The notes below the pieces were generated by a model that was not told the origin of the DNA, did not search any database, and saw nothing but the letters and a program-made list of their open reading frames with translations. From Callorhinchus milii (taxonomy: Eukaryota): DNA of 64,000 nt. Positions 26,365-39,925 of the stretch are shown piece by piece; the first letter of the stretch is position 1; each line of letters opens with the position of its first letter. A program made the translations under genes and the position numbers. Location: NCBI RefSeq assembly GCF_018977255.1, contig NW_024704743.1:99512001-99576000 (forward strand). The letters are read 5' to 3'.

Positions 26365-26822
26365 TAAAACAACAAAATTACATTTGTACAGGGCCTTTCA
26401 CGTCAGGTGAAAGTCCGAAGGCGCTGGACAATCAGTGTTTGGGACTTGAGCTGGGGATTGAGATCAGGGAGGGTGGAGGGCAGGGGGAAGGAGGGTGACA
26501 GAAGGCACGATTGAAGATGAAGGTCTTGAGACGGGTCTTGAAGGAGGCAAGGGAGGGGGCGAGGAGAAGGGACTGTGGAATGGAGTCCTAGAGGGTGGGG
26601 GCTGAGTGACTGAAGGCCTGCTTGCCAATGGTGGGGTGGACGAGGCGGGGGATGTGGAGCAGGCTGGAACCCACTGAGCGGAGGGAGTGGGCAGGTTGGT
26701 AGGGGGTTAGGAGGTTGCAGAGGAAGGGGGGAGCAAGGCCATGGAGGGCTTTGAAGGTGAGGACCAGGATCTTGAATTGTATCCTCTGTGTGAAGGGAAG
26801 CCAGTGGGGTCGGGCGAGGATG
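26365..26822 (-). mobile_element. L2 3' fragment
   Basis: Matches 12361-12689 and 16990-17555 in reverse. Confidence 0.9.
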
Positions 26823-27152
26823 TATATGATAGAGTCACCATGTAAAACTATATCTATACTGAGGGTGAAAAGAGACTCACACTTATCAGAAGTTGAAAAT
26901 TATACAAAATAAATCTAAACATGTTCTTTTTCATTAAAGAAAATGATAATGCTGGAAAGAAGACCATATAAAATTGTGAACTGATCCATCCTGTGGCATT
27001 CTTGACTCTGAGTCAGAAGGTTGTGGGTACAAGCTCATGAACTAATAGTGTAGGCTGATGCTCCAATGTAGTGCTGGAGAAGTGCTATATGGTGCTGTGT
27101 TGTTAGGGGTGCTATGGCTGTTTGTAGGATGCTATGAGCAAATTATTGGCAT

Positions 27153-27506
27153 AACAATAATAATAATCCTTGCATTTGATATAGCGCTTTTCATGTCTTC
27201 CAGACGTCTCAAAGCGCTTCACAGAATATACTGTAAAGTGAATTGACTGTATATTTGTGGGCGAAACGCGGCAGCCAATCGCACACAGCAGTGTCGCACA
27301 AACAGTCGTGGATTGAAGTGACTTCAAAAAAAAATTTGGACACTCAATCCACGACTGTTTTGTGAGACACTCTGCGCGCAAATGGCTGCCAGGTTTCGCC
27401 CACAAAATATACAGTTAATTCACTTTACAGTATATTCTGTGAAGCGCTTTGAGATGTCTCGAAGACGTGAATAGGCACTATATCAAATGCACGGATTATT
27501 ATTATA
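27153..27506. repeat. Inverted pair of SINE 3' halves
   Basis: 27153-27316 (-) and ~27344-27506 (+), separated by a ~27-bp spacer. Confidence 0.9.
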
Positions 27507-27799
27507 TTTTTATTTTTTGTGAAATACAGTTCGGATGAACACGACAGCCAATTTGCACACATCAATGTCCCACAAACCGCCAGGAAGTGAATGATTAATT
27601 TTTATTCAGGGAATTGTTGGCCAGGATATTGCAGATGGAGAGGACAGAAAAGTTAGCAACAACCTGTTCTCTCTCCAGTACTTTCATATGTTGCTGATAA
27701 CAGAACTGGTGTTTAAATATTAAATGAAATGGAACGAATTGAGATTTAATAGAAAAAATGTTCTTATTACCTATTCATTTTTATTATTGTTTTTTTCTT

Positions 27800-27925
27800 C
27801 TTGATGGATTATTATCAGGCATGTAGGGTAAGGAAGCTTGCCCAAGGTTTCGCCCTGATGGGAATCGAACCCAGGTCTCTCCCTTGTGAGGCGAGTGTTC
27901 TAACCACTGAGCTACAGGACTCCTA
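27800..27925 (-). mobile_element. Young SINE head fragment
   Basis: CTTGCCCAAGG..GGAATCGAACC..CTAACCACTGAGCTACAGGACTCC. Confidence 0.85.
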
Positions 27926-28634
27926 CAAGATCATAATCTTATAGGAAGTTTGTTCAATTCAAAAACCTGTATTATGTTTTCTCAATTTTAATTTCTCCAA
28001 TGAATATAAGTCTAGTTCTGTGTACTTCTTCTATGTCCTTGAATCACCTTTTTTCTCGACTATGAACCCTAGTGTCATTGCCCTTTTGAAAATAGGATTA
28101 TAATAATAACTTACAGTTACACAGTGCTTTTCACAAAAAGTAATCCTTATAAAATACAATTGATTACAGTTGAAGTGAAGGTTGTTCTACAGGTAATTAC
28201 AGCAGCTAATCCGCTGATTAGGGATGCCCAGAATTATATGCAATATTCCAAATGTGGGTTGCAATATAGACTAGACCAGAATAACTTGTTTTGAACTTAT
28301 ACTCCATGGCTGTTCGTGGGACATGGATCATTCTGCATGCAAAGTGTCTGCTACATTTGCCTACAAAATACACAGTCACTGCATTTTACAGTAAATTCTA
28401 TGAAACACTCTGAAAGTTCTCCCCAGGTGAAAGGTGTTACATCAAATGTAAGGATGATTATTATTACACTTATTGTGCAAAGTCTTTGAGATTTAAACTA
28501 GTATTTAATTATTCATCAAGGTCTGGCAGGTTTTGTGTATCACTCTGACAATATGGGAGTTATCTTCCAGGTTGTGGCCAGAAGGGAGGGCATTTCTGTT
28601 GGATATTTTCAAAAGGGCCACATGTTAGGACTTT

Positions 28635-28975
28635 TAATTACAATCTAGGCTTCCACTCCAACACACTAGTGGGGGAGTGCTGCATTGTTGGAAATGCTAT
28701 CCTTCAGATGAGACAATAAACTGAGGACCTGTCTGCCTGTTTGGGAAGACGTTAAAGATCCTGTGGAACTAGTTGAAAAGAGAAGGGATTTTCTCCCGGT
28801 GTCCTGGCCAACAATCTCCCACATTTTGAAAATAAACTGATCATTCACTTTATGGCTGCTTGTGGGATGTTGCTGTACACAAATTTGTGCCACGTTTTCC
28901 TTCAAATACACAGCAGTCACTGGACTAAACAGTAAAGATTCTGGCAAGTGCTTTGAGATGTCTCAAGGACAGTTT
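28635..28975 (+). mobile_element. Old Deu-like SINE
   Basis: GGGAGTGCTGCATTGTTGG..CAGATGAGAC..GACGTTAAAGATCC..GGTGTCCTGGCCAA..GCTGCTTGTGGGATG. Confidence 0.8.
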
Positions 28976-29914
28976 ATCAAATTATTATATTTGTCTGAAT
29001 TGGAGTGAAATACAGCCTTTGAAATCTTCTATTCAATCAGCAACCATGACAACTCAAACATTACTACTAACAGAAGAGTACAAAATTAAACCAAGATTAA
29101 ACTCTTATGATTTGCAGTCACTCTCATTTGATCCATACAAATTACTTCAGCCAAAAAAGGGAAACATCATACACAGCACAAACATTCAGATGCCTGAATT
29201 CTCCTGACTATTTTTTATAATCCCATTACACATATTTCTAAGCATGAATCCAAAATACCTAGTAGCGAGGATTGTCAATTTTCAAACAATGTATGTCTAA
29301 GATTTACGGCAATGTAATTGTCAACTGAAGTATTTTTAATACCCCTTTTTGATAACATTTTGTACTGTAGAGTAGTGTCCTTTGGGATCTGGATTCAGAC
29401 TGCCTAAATTAATTTTATTTGGGCCCATTGACTACTGGCAGAGTTGTAGGTACGTTGTTGCTAGTGTTTGGACTGAAATCAAAACCAGTTCCTAGAGGTA
29501 TTGCAAGATTGTGTTCTCTAAAATATGGAGCTTTGAAGTTCAACACTAAGTCAAATGCATGAATATCATTATGAAAATAGTTGGTTAAATTTAGATGTCA
29601 GCACATTTGTTATTTTAATGAAATACAATAAAGAATCACATTCATTATTTTTTCACAGTGATTTGATAAATCATTATGAAAAATAATAAGATAATTTTAG
29701 AGGTTACCTGTGGATTTTTAAAGTAGAGGTTTTGAAACACTTAATACAGCAAGCTAGCAGGATAGTAATTCTAATAAGAATTATTGGATCTGGTGTGGTA
29801 CTTATAATGCTAAAATGATTCAAAATGCTTTGAAGAGTTTTATGTAAAATGTAGTGACTTGTGCATTTGTAGGTGAATGCAACAGTCAATTTGAATACAT
29901 CAGGTGATTGATGA

Positions 29915-30320
29915 AATTAATTGTTCCCCAGGGAAACTCCCTTCTCTTCGACCGTGCTTTTAGTCTCCCTCCCACCTCTCTGCCTATCCTCACCCCTACA
30001 CCACCGCTCCCCCATGTTCGGGCCCCGACACCTGACTGTTCAGCGCTTTGGGATGTCCTCCCGAGGTGAAAAGCACTCGATAAATGCCATTTTGTTGTTG
30101 TTGTTGTTGTTGTTGTTCTCTTTTCGAATAGTGCCATGAGATCTTTAATGGCCGACTGGATTGGCATTCGGGACCTTGGTTTAACATCTCAACTAAAAGA
30201 TAACAACTCTGGCAATGCACCCCTCCCCCAGCACTGCACAGAGTGTCAGCCTATGAGCTCAAAGTCACAATAATGAACAACCTGCTGACTCGGAGGTGAG
30301 AGTGTAACTAACTCAGCTCT
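29915..30320 (-). mobile_element. Old Deu-like SINE interrupted by an L2 tail (29940-30117, + strand)
   Basis: SINE GGGAAACTCCCTTCTCTT..TTCGAATAGTGCCATG is split by L2 3' end plus (TTG)n; TTCTCTT is duplicated at the junctions. Confidence 0.8.
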
Positions 30321-31489
30321 CTGTTGAAAGGAGATCAACATGGCATTCCTGTTGTCAAAGTTGCGTTTGACTATCAAAACATAGAGTGTTGTAAATGCTT
30401 AGTTATCACTGATTTATCTCTGTACAAGTTTACTTCTGAATGTTCATCAAGCTGGTTCTTTCCACCACTCCTTTAGAAAAAGACTGGGTAGGAGCAGAGT
30501 GCCCTTGCATTGTCTGTGTTACCTGCAGCAGTTGCTAGTTTAGAATGAAGATGATATACCATATTTTAACCCCAATATACTTTGCAGCTGAAACAAGATG
30601 AAAACCTACAAGGAATGATGCTGAGTACAAATTAACCAAAGTGTGTCTACCTCTCGCCTGCTCAGAGAATGTTACAAACTGGAGTTCAGCCCATCACAAT
30701 ATCATAAGGAAGGTTTAGATGAAGAAGGTCATTTGATTTTTNCCTTCCAGAAAATCCATCCCACTGCTCTCCTTTGATTGCATCAAGCTGATTCAGAGAA
30801 TTTCCCAGAGCCTATGGAAATGTATAATTTTTAAAAATAAAATAAAATCCCTGCTTGTTTGATTACCTTCTAACACTGGAGTATGTGCTACAAAGAAATG
30901 TGCTCACCCACCATGCCACCCGGAGTTTATCCATTTAAAAGCATTTGAAGATATATAATATATAATAATATAATCCCTACATCACGTCTTCTAGACGTGT
31001 CAAAGTGCTTCACAGAATATACTGTAAAGTAAATCGACTGTATATTTTGTGGGCAGCCAATCTGAAGATATCAATGTTTTGCAAAGGTGGATACAACACA
31101 AAATCAGTTTCCTAACCACTCAGAGCTTCAGCACAGAACCAGCAAAATAAATGTTATCAATGCCTTTAGCCTGGATGATACTGATACACACCTGGTACAA
31201 GTGCAAAACCTATCTTCACAACAAAGGTTTCTACCTTATTAAAGTACAGATATTTTCGTAATGCCAGGAATAACATTGGTATCACAGCATCGTCTCAATG
31301 TCAGTGAGCTCAGCGAGAATTGGCAGACTAATGGTGACAGACTGAAGATGTGGCTGACAGAGACGCACATACGATCACCCTCATAATCATAAGAGAGCTT
31401 GGCCAGAACAGTCACAAGCTGTTAATAAATAATAATAACAACAATAATCCTTGCATTTGATATAGCGCTTTAATAATAATAAAAAAATA

Positions 31490-31875
31490 TAATAATCCTT
31501 GCATTTGATATGTTATCTCTAATGCTGTAATGGCTCACAGCTTCTCATAGGTAATTGCTCATAAGTATAGTGATTGTATTTGTAGACAAACTCAGGAGCC
31601 AATTTGCACACAGCAAGGTCCACAGACAGCCATGAGATGAATGACCAATTTATCTGCATGATTGTTGGCCAAAACACTAGGGGAAACTCCCTTCTCTTTT
31701 TGAAAAATGTCACAGAATCTTTAACAGGCAGATGGGACCTTAGTTTAATGTTTCATCGAAAAAAGAGAACTTAACATAATGCATGTTCCTCGATGCTGTA
31801 TGAGAGGGTCAGCCTCGTAATCTGAAATCCCAATGTGGGATTTGATTTTACAAGGAAGAGTGCTAACAACCAACA
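31490..31875 (-). mobile_element. Old Deu-like SINE, near full length
   Basis: Tail, GCCAATTTGCACACAGCAAGGTCCACA, CAGATGGGACCTTAGTTTAATG and a degenerate head. Confidence 0.75.
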
Positions 31876-32095
31876 CCTCAATGTGGAGCATGAATTTCAT
31901 TGGATGAGGCCAGCAGATACATAGAATAAATCAGGGTGGGTGGGTCAACTGGCAGTCCATGGGCCAGCATCCAGCCCATGAACACAATCACACTGTGTGT
32001 CTGGAGCCTGGGCTTGGGCTGACCCTGCAGGAAAATCAGCAGCGCGAGGCCATGGTTAGCAGCTGAACCTGTCAATCACTTTCAAACCAGTAACA

Positions 32096-32430
32096 GGAGA
32101 GAAAGAGATAGAGCAAGTCACACAGACAGACAGATAGAGGGAGAGATACAGAGACATAAACAGACAGAGAGAAAGAGAGAGATACATACAGACAGAGAGA
32201 GAGAGAGAGATACAGGGACACATACAGAGTGAGAGATACAGAGACATAAACAGATAGAGAGAGAGAGAGATACAGAGACATACACAGAGCGAACGATACA
32301 GAGCCATCAGCAGACGGAGAGAGGGATACACACACAGACACAGAGAGAGAGAGATACACACAGACAGAGAGACAGAGACAGAGTTAGATATAGAGACAGA
32401 GCGATACAGAGAGAGACATAGAAACAGATA
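32096..32430. repeat. Compound (GA)n/(GACA)n/(GATACA) microsatellite
   Basis: Directly visible; explains ORFs 32056..32439 and 32072..32359. Confidence 0.95.
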
Positions 32431-34067
32431 CCTCGCCACTGGCTGTATTATTGTTTTAAAATTTGTATGAAATTTTACATTGCCTATTTAAAGTTTGAAC
32501 TGTAACTAAAATATTGTGAAATTAAGTAATACAGTCACACAATTTAAAACATATGATTGCTATATGATTCTTAGAGGTTATATTTCTGGAAGGGAAACAC
32601 AAAAATATTGCTTATGTAGTCCACAGACGAATCTCAAATCTAGCATCCGGTCCTCATCAGCCAAAAGGCTGCACTACATTGGAATAAATAGATAAATTGA
32701 ATTTAAGGAATGAGACCAAAACTTATCCTTCAACAGATCATATGCAATATACCCTGCTGTGGACCAGTTCAGTCCATTTAGTTTCTTAATGTGAAGTTGT
32801 ATATAATTGCTACTGGATCACCGAGGTTGCTTTAGGAATAGAGAACGTTAACCTGGAATGATGCTTTCAGATACTTCAAGACAGCAGGACATACGGGCAC
32901 AGGGTCAGAGTTGTGAAGGGTAATTTTAAAACAGATGTCAAGAAATATTTATTTATATAGAGGATAATCAACATCTTGAATTGACTATTAGGTGAAGTGC
33001 CAGAATATTGATATATTCTTACATCTGCAGGATTTAATCTCCAACTCCCAGAGGCCCCATTAACACCACAGCCATTGTCTGCAGTATAAGAACATAGGAA
33101 CATACAGCCCAGAAAAGACCATTGTTATCCAAAAGTAAAAAAAATTATAATGATAACATTTTGAAAATAATAAAATAATCTTACACTATATGATGTTATG
33201 TCTCATACCCCTTAATGGATTTCTACAACAAATAGCTATTTAATTCCCTCTTAATATGCTGACACCATCTGTCATCACCGCCTCCCTGGGTAGTCTATTC
33301 CACACATTCACCACTCTCTGTGTAAAGTAATTAAATCTCAATCGTCTGTTCACCTTCCCTCTTTTGAACTCATGTCTATGTACCTTTGTTCTAATGGAGA
33401 ATTTGATCATTTAAGTCTAATCATCCCCAAAGACCTCCTATCCAATTCCCAATCAAATATTTATCCAGCTCCTTTTTGAGAAGGCCAATATAGTCAGCCT
33501 CTGGGGCTTTTCCTGGAGTTTCTTCTTCAAATCCACTTTGTTGTGGGACAAGAATGAGATATAGTCTCATCTTTTTTGCTTTGTAATGCCTGTGGTACTA
33601 CTGATTTGAGACCAGCTTGTATTAATAAGAATAAGAAAGCATTTTAAAAAGTGCTAATGACATTGAAAAATCTGAAAGTGCTTTATGAGGAATTGTAAAA
33701 TGTGAGGATTCCAGCTAATTTGTGCACAGCAATTTCTCACAAAAGCAACAACAATTTCCATTTATATAGCACCCATCACATGGGGTAGCATCTTGGAGCT
33801 GTTAACAGTGGTGTAGTTTGACACTGAGTTGGTGAGAAAGGGTTGGTGACTATAGGTATGGTTAAAAATCTTCAGGTGGGATCTGAAGATGGGTAAATAG
33901 CCTGAAGTGCAATTTTATTTGGGGGTTTATTGGCCAGGACACGAGTAGAAACTCCTTTGGTTAAAGTACCATGGGATCACTGTGTAAAGTAATTAAATCT
34001 CAATCATCTGTTCACCTTCCCTTTTTTGAACTCATGTCTATGTACCTTTGCTCTAATGGAGAATTAC

Positions 34068-34310
34068 AAAATAATAATAATAATCCTTGCATTTGATATA
34101 TCTTCTAGATGTTTCAAAGCGCTTCACAGAATAAACTGTAAAGTGAATTGACTGTATATAATTGTGGGCGGAATGCGTCAGCCAATTGCATACAGCAGTG
34201 TCCCATAAACAGTCGTGGATTGAAAATGACCAATTTTTTTTTGAGGGATTATTATCAGGCTTGTGGAGTAAGGAAAGTTGCCCAAGCTTTCACCTTGCCG
34301 GGAATCGAAC
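34068..34310 (-). mobile_element. Young SINE nested in an old Deu-like SINE
   Basis: Tail to box B. The host SINE stops at CCATGGGATC (~33978) and resumes at AACAAGCAGATGGGACCTCGG. Confidence 0.85.
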
Positions 34311-35464
34311 AAGCAGATGGGACCTCGGTTTAATGTGTCATCCTAAGGATGGCACATCACATATGCAGATATGCAGTGCTCCCCCATTGGAGTGTCAGCA
34401 TGAACTCTGAGTTCAAAATCCCAACTTGGGGCTTGAACCCACTCTTATTTGTCAACTCCCACCTCGATTATTTCAATGCCCTTCTCGCCAGTCACCCCAG
34501 CATCACCATTCACAAAATCAAACTAATTCAAAACTTCACACCCATAGCCTCACCCATACCAAACTCTATGCCCCCATCAGTCCAGTCCTTACCAGCCTCC
34601 ACAGGCTCCCTTTCACAGCATGAATCAATTTGAAGATCCTCACACTTGTTAACCAAATCATTTCATGCCCTGGCACCTCCCTATATCTCTGACCTGCTTT
34701 CCCCCCACTCCACTACTGCTACCTTGGCTCAGCTGTCTTCGCTCAGCTGGCTCCAGCCTCCTGGACATGTTTCGTCCCCTCTGCTCCCTCGTCAGCTTTT
34801 GGACAATTAAAATGAGCAAAGCAAATATACAGCATATTAGCACTCTGCTGACAGCATTTGCTCATGTAATTTGCACATTGACAAACAAGATACTGTATTG
34901 TTTTCAGATCAAAAGCATGAGCAATAAATCATCATAAAGGGGTCTGAGTCAGCACATCACTATACTTTAAGTACGGACAAATATTGTAAAACTAAACCCA
35001 ACAACATGTGGTTTGACTGTTATTCGCTTTGGCAAATGTTGGTTTTTGAATTTTTCATTTTATTAAAAGTCTAGTTACGGCTCTTCAATAGAAATAAAAA
35101 GTTCCATGGTTAAAACTATTATTTCCCTATCTAATTTCCTCTGAACTAATCAGAAGTACTATAAATTTAAAATGGAGCAATAAATGAGGATATTATTGCC
35201 TTTCCTAAAATCAGAGTTGAATTAAAGGTAAATTAAATACTCATTTCCTAGTCCAGGTAATCAAGTCAGGCTATAAGAACCAGCTTCCTATGACACTAAT
35301 CAGGTTTAAGAGCGGCAGATAATAGTGAAATGAAGCAACTGTATGTTTATCTCATTTGAAATCTGTTTAATAAATATTCCTGAGAGAGACAGATGTTTTG
35401 GAGTGAGGGTTATATCCTGATAAAAAAAATACCCTTCCGAGGACCTGGGATTAAAAATCATGGT

Positions 35465-35860
35465 AATAAAATAATCCTTGCAAGTGATGTACTTTATAGT
35501 GCGGTGACTGTGTATTTTGTAGGCAAATGCAGCAGCCTATTTGCATAAAGGAATGGACCACAAACATTAAGGTTAATAAAGTGAATGACCAATTTTATTT
35601 GCCGATTATTGGCTAGAACACTAGGAGAAACTCCATTCTCTTTTCGAATAGTGCCATGAAATGTTTAATGTCCACCTGAAAGGTCAGACAGGATTTGGTT
35701 TAGCATCTCATCCAAACGACAACACCGTCCAACAATGCAGCACTTCCCCAGCTATTTATTTGAGTGTCAGCCTAGACTGTTAGGCTTGACGCAGGGCATG
35801 AACCCACAACCCTCCAACTGAGAGGAGAGAGATTGGTGCCAATTGAGCCAGGTTAATACC
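35465..35860 (-). mobile_element. Old Deu-like SINE, near full length
   Basis: Tail through TTCGAATAGTGCCATG to head TGAACCCACAACC..CCAATTGAGCCAGG. Confidence 0.8.
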
Positions 35861-37614
35861 TAGGAGAAAAGTCCTGTAAAATGAAAGAAACTTACAGAAT
35901 TACACAGAAATTCTAGATAGGGGAAAGCTTTGGATTGTGACCTATAAGATCTGTCTATAGATCTAGTTAATACAATGTGCCAACATTGAATTGTAACCAG
36001 AAGGATTGAGATTACTTGAATAAATGACTAATGTAAGCTAATAACTGAATGAATCAGTGTATTTGTGAGGAATGTAATAAAAGAATAACTTGTATTTTAA
36101 TAGCGCCTTTGGGAATGCGTAGATAGAGTGGGGTGAGACCTTGGAAAGATTTGAAGACCAGAACAAAGATCTTAAAATCGATCTATTGAGTTAATGAGAG
36201 ACAATGGAGATTGGTGAGAATAGGGGTAGCATCATAGAAATTTACAGCAGAAAACAATGTAATTCAGACCATTGAATCTGAATTTGCTCTCAAAGCAAGA
36301 TGTTCATTCAATCCCACTGCCATGCCTTAACCCCAATGGATTTGTCTACCTTTTGTGAGAGAGAACTCAGGCCCCCAAAGTTCTGGATCAGTTGGAGCTT
36401 TTAGGGACAGATCTAGGGAGGCTACTTACATTCTTATAACATTTATATAGAGTGCAATTTTTGCAGGAAATAGTGGAAAAAGTAGTTCTTAAAAGGAAAC
36501 TGAAACTGCTGGGTATGCCATAATCCTAAGGGAACATATGTGTGAGAGGTAAGAATTGTCCACCGCTCCGATGCTGGGCAGAGCACCATCAAAACAGAAA
36601 TCCTACATACACAGGAATAAATCAGGCTGCTCCCGGCATACCACTGAGAAGGCAACAACAGCACTGCACCAGCCCATCAATCAAGGCACATGGGGTCTTA
36701 GTTCTTTGGAGCATCAAAGACATTAATTTGGCCTTTCCCCAATTTTACTCTGTTCCACCTCCTCATTTTCCAGGTTACATAGGCAGGTTGGAACTCCTAC
36801 AGCTCAATGACGCAGACCAGTTGTGACTGTACACACCAAGAGGTCATAGTGATTTGAAGAATGGATTTGCCATAAAAGTTTATAAAGAGATACGTCAATG
36901 TACTTGATCTGAAGCTGGTATGATTTGCTCTGCATGCTCTGGTGAATTGTCTGCCTGATGTATTCCATTGCACTCACTCATCCTGACACATGGTAAAGAC
37001 CCACAGTTGAGTTTATCAAAATCATCTGCTCATTTGTGATACCAATAACCTAGTCAAACTTTTAGTTCAACCACCAAAAATCAAGGAGTTTCTCCACTTA
37101 GTAATGCAGGCCATTATAAACATACAATGACATTTTCTTTACAGACTCCTGAATATCTTTTAGTCATATTTAGACATTCTCCTGATGTGAAAGACACTAT
37201 ATCAAATGTAAAATGATTACTTTTATTAATTATATTACAAAGGTATGGCTTTCACAAACAGCTCGCCATGTAATAGTCAATTACACTCTAGATATACAGT
37301 AGGTTTGATATTGTTACCTGTTTCGGGCCTATGCAAGTCAACAAGGTATTTCATATTGTAATTAAACTGTAGCCAGCATGAAGTTAAACAGTGTAAGACT
37401 TCTTATTTTATTCTTGCTCTTTGTCCTCATGTTTGAAACTTTAACACTTGGAGGAAAGACCAACATAGATATAGGTATTCCTCAGTGTAGCATTTTATTT
37501 CTGCTAGTAAAGTCCTCATGTTTCTTACACAAACCACTGGTTTGCCTACAAATATACGTCACTCCATTTGATAGCAATTATCTGTAAAACTCTTAAAACA
37601 ATTTAAAAAGATTT

Positions 37615-37836
37615 GATGGAACATATTGCCTGAAAGGGTGGTTGAGGCCGATTCGATAACTACTTTTAAAAACGTGGTGGATGGGTATTTGAGGAGGACG
37701 GGTTTGCAGGGTTATGGGGAAAGGGTTGGGGAGTGGGATTGACATTACATTGCTCTATTCAAAGAGCTGGCACAAACTCGATGGGCCGAATGGCCTCTTT
37801 TTGTGCTGTACAATTCTATGACTCTATGATTCTATG
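37615..37836 (+). mobile_element. CR1 3' end
   Basis: Reverse-complement match to 24981-25190; (ATTCTATG)n tail. Confidence 0.9.
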
Positions 37837-38054
37837 CAATAGGCTCTAGATCAAATGCAAGGATCACTATTACTACCCTTAGACTTGCTGAGCTCCATTT
37901 CCATATCCATTGTTTTGCCCTGGCTATGAATCTAAATTGTACACAACACGTAGAAATTAACTTGAAGATAAACTGTTTCTAAAATGATTCCTAAATATCT
38001 CTGTAGATTTTCCAGATGAAAATAATATACCACAGAGTTGTTCAGATGTGGGAG

Positions 38055-38760
38055 TAGAATCATAGAATTGTAGAATATTACAACCACAGAAGGGGGCCAT
38101 TCGGCCCATCGTGCCTGTGCTGGCTCTTTTGGAAGAGCTACCCAATTAGTTCCACTCCCTCCCTCTTTCCCTATATCCTTGCAATTGTTTCCTTTACAAG
38201 CACCTATCCAATTCACTTTTAAAAGTTATTATTGAATCTGTTTCCACCACCCTTTCAGGCAGTGCATTCCAGATTGTAACAACTTTCTGTGTAAAACATT
38301 TTCTCCTCATCTCCCCTCTGGTCTGCTCCGAGATGCCGTCCAGGGTGACGGGTGCTATATAAATGCAAGTTGTTGTTGTTGTTGGTGATGGTTCTTTTGC
38401 CAATTATCTTACATCTATGTCCCCTGGTTATCGACCCACCTGCCAGTGGAAAACGTTTCTCCCTATCTACTCTATCAAAACCCCTCATAATGTTGAATAC
38501 CTCAATTAAATCTCTCCTTAACCTTCTCCGCTCTAAAGAGAACAACCACAGCTTCTCTAGTCTCTCCACATAACTAAGTCCCTCATCCCTGGTACCATTC
38601 TAGTAAATCTCCTTTGCACCCTCTCCAAGGCCTTGACATGCTTCCTAAAGTGTTGTGACCAGAATTGGACACAATTTCTAGCTGAGGCCTCACCAGTGAC
38701 TTATAAAGGTTCAGCAGAACTTCCTTGCTTTTGTACTCTATGTCTTTATATATAAAGCTA
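38055..38760 (-). mobile_element. CR1 3' fragment with a short L2 tail inserted at ~38322-38387
   Basis: LFSLERRRLRRDLIEVFNIMRG..TRGHR; FTQKVVTIWNALP. Confidence 0.92.
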
Positions 38761-39459
38761 GAGATAACCTATTATCCCTGAAGTGTAGGTATTTGCATTT
38801 TGAAGCATACATATGAACCCCATTCATTTGGAAGAATTCTCTTTCATTATGAGCAACAATTTTGAGCTATAAGCAATAATTAAACAAACTAGAGATTTGA
38901 GTCTTGAAAAGAGGTGTCTCAGAGGGAATCTTACTGAGTTACAAGACTTTAAATAGGATTGAAAAAATAAACTCAGAACAACACTTTCGGAGGTACTGAG
39001 GCAACAGAACAAGAAGATACAGTTTGGGATTGCAAAGGGCAATGGCAGATCAGATGCCAGGAAACCAGAGGGTAATTAATGACTGAAACAAGTTACAAAG
39101 CAGGGTGGTTGAGGCCATTGGCCTCATTTAAAAGAACAGTTTGAAGCTTTGATGGGACGAGGATAGGGTGGGTATACTGGAAGGATGAGATCAAATGTAC
39201 TGAAAGGTCTTCTTCACCCAAGCCTCTTTTGTTATCTTCTGAACCTACTTTGCCATCTGTGATAATGCATAGCTATTAGATCTAAAATGGTTATTTAATA
39301 ATTCAAGCTGTTCAGCACAGGATTTAATTTAAGGTGATTGATGTCGATCAGCTTCCCCTTTGGTGTGCACAGAACAGTAAACAATGCCCTACTTATGTCT
39401 ATATACTTTGGACAATCAGAATTGCATATCCTGTCTGCAATCACAAATTTACGAGATTA

Positions 39460-39925
39460 ATTCGGATGAAAAAGACTCTTTGATCCATCTGATCTCATCT
39501 TTCTAGATCACCCAACCTACCGTCCTCCCATCACAGCATCAAGCTGCTTTTTAAATGATCGCAGTGTCCTGTCTCAACCATCCTCCTGGCAACTTGTTCC
39601 ATTTGTTAATTACCCTCTGGATAAAGGAATACTGCCTGGGATCTGTCCGGAAATTGCCTTTTGCAACTCTAAACCCACGTCCTCTTGTTTTATTGTCTTG
39701 GTGCATCTTAAAGTATTGTTCTGGGTTTACATTTTCCACTCCATTAAAAATTTTATAGGCTTTTATAAGTTCTCCTCTGAGATGTCTTCTCTCAAGACGA
39801 AAGAGCTCTAGTTTGTCTAGTCGTTGCTCATAGCTCATTCCTCTAACACCAGGGATCATCCTCATTCTCTCCTCTCTACTGCCTCCAGGGTCTGGATAGT
39901 CCCTTTATGCCGCAATGACCAGAAC
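39460..39925 (-). mobile_element. Older CR1 3' fragment
   Basis: MIPGVRGMSYEQRL..RGELIKAYKI..QRVINKWNKLP. Confidence 0.88.

Noticed and set aside
30523..30587. Minus-strand exon-like segment (TTTCAG..CAG|GTAACA)
   Set aside because: Stops in all three frames as an internal exon, and its phase does not fit the candidate chain.
30742..30742. Single N
   Set aside because: Ambiguous base call, not biology.
32056..32439. Hydrophobic 127-aa and 95-aa ORFs
   Set aside because: Translation of a GA/CA microsatellite.
25240..38390. Two CR1 copies interrupted near the same CTCCCCTCTG site
   Set aside because: The sites differ by about 20 bp, and two cases cannot establish a hotspot.
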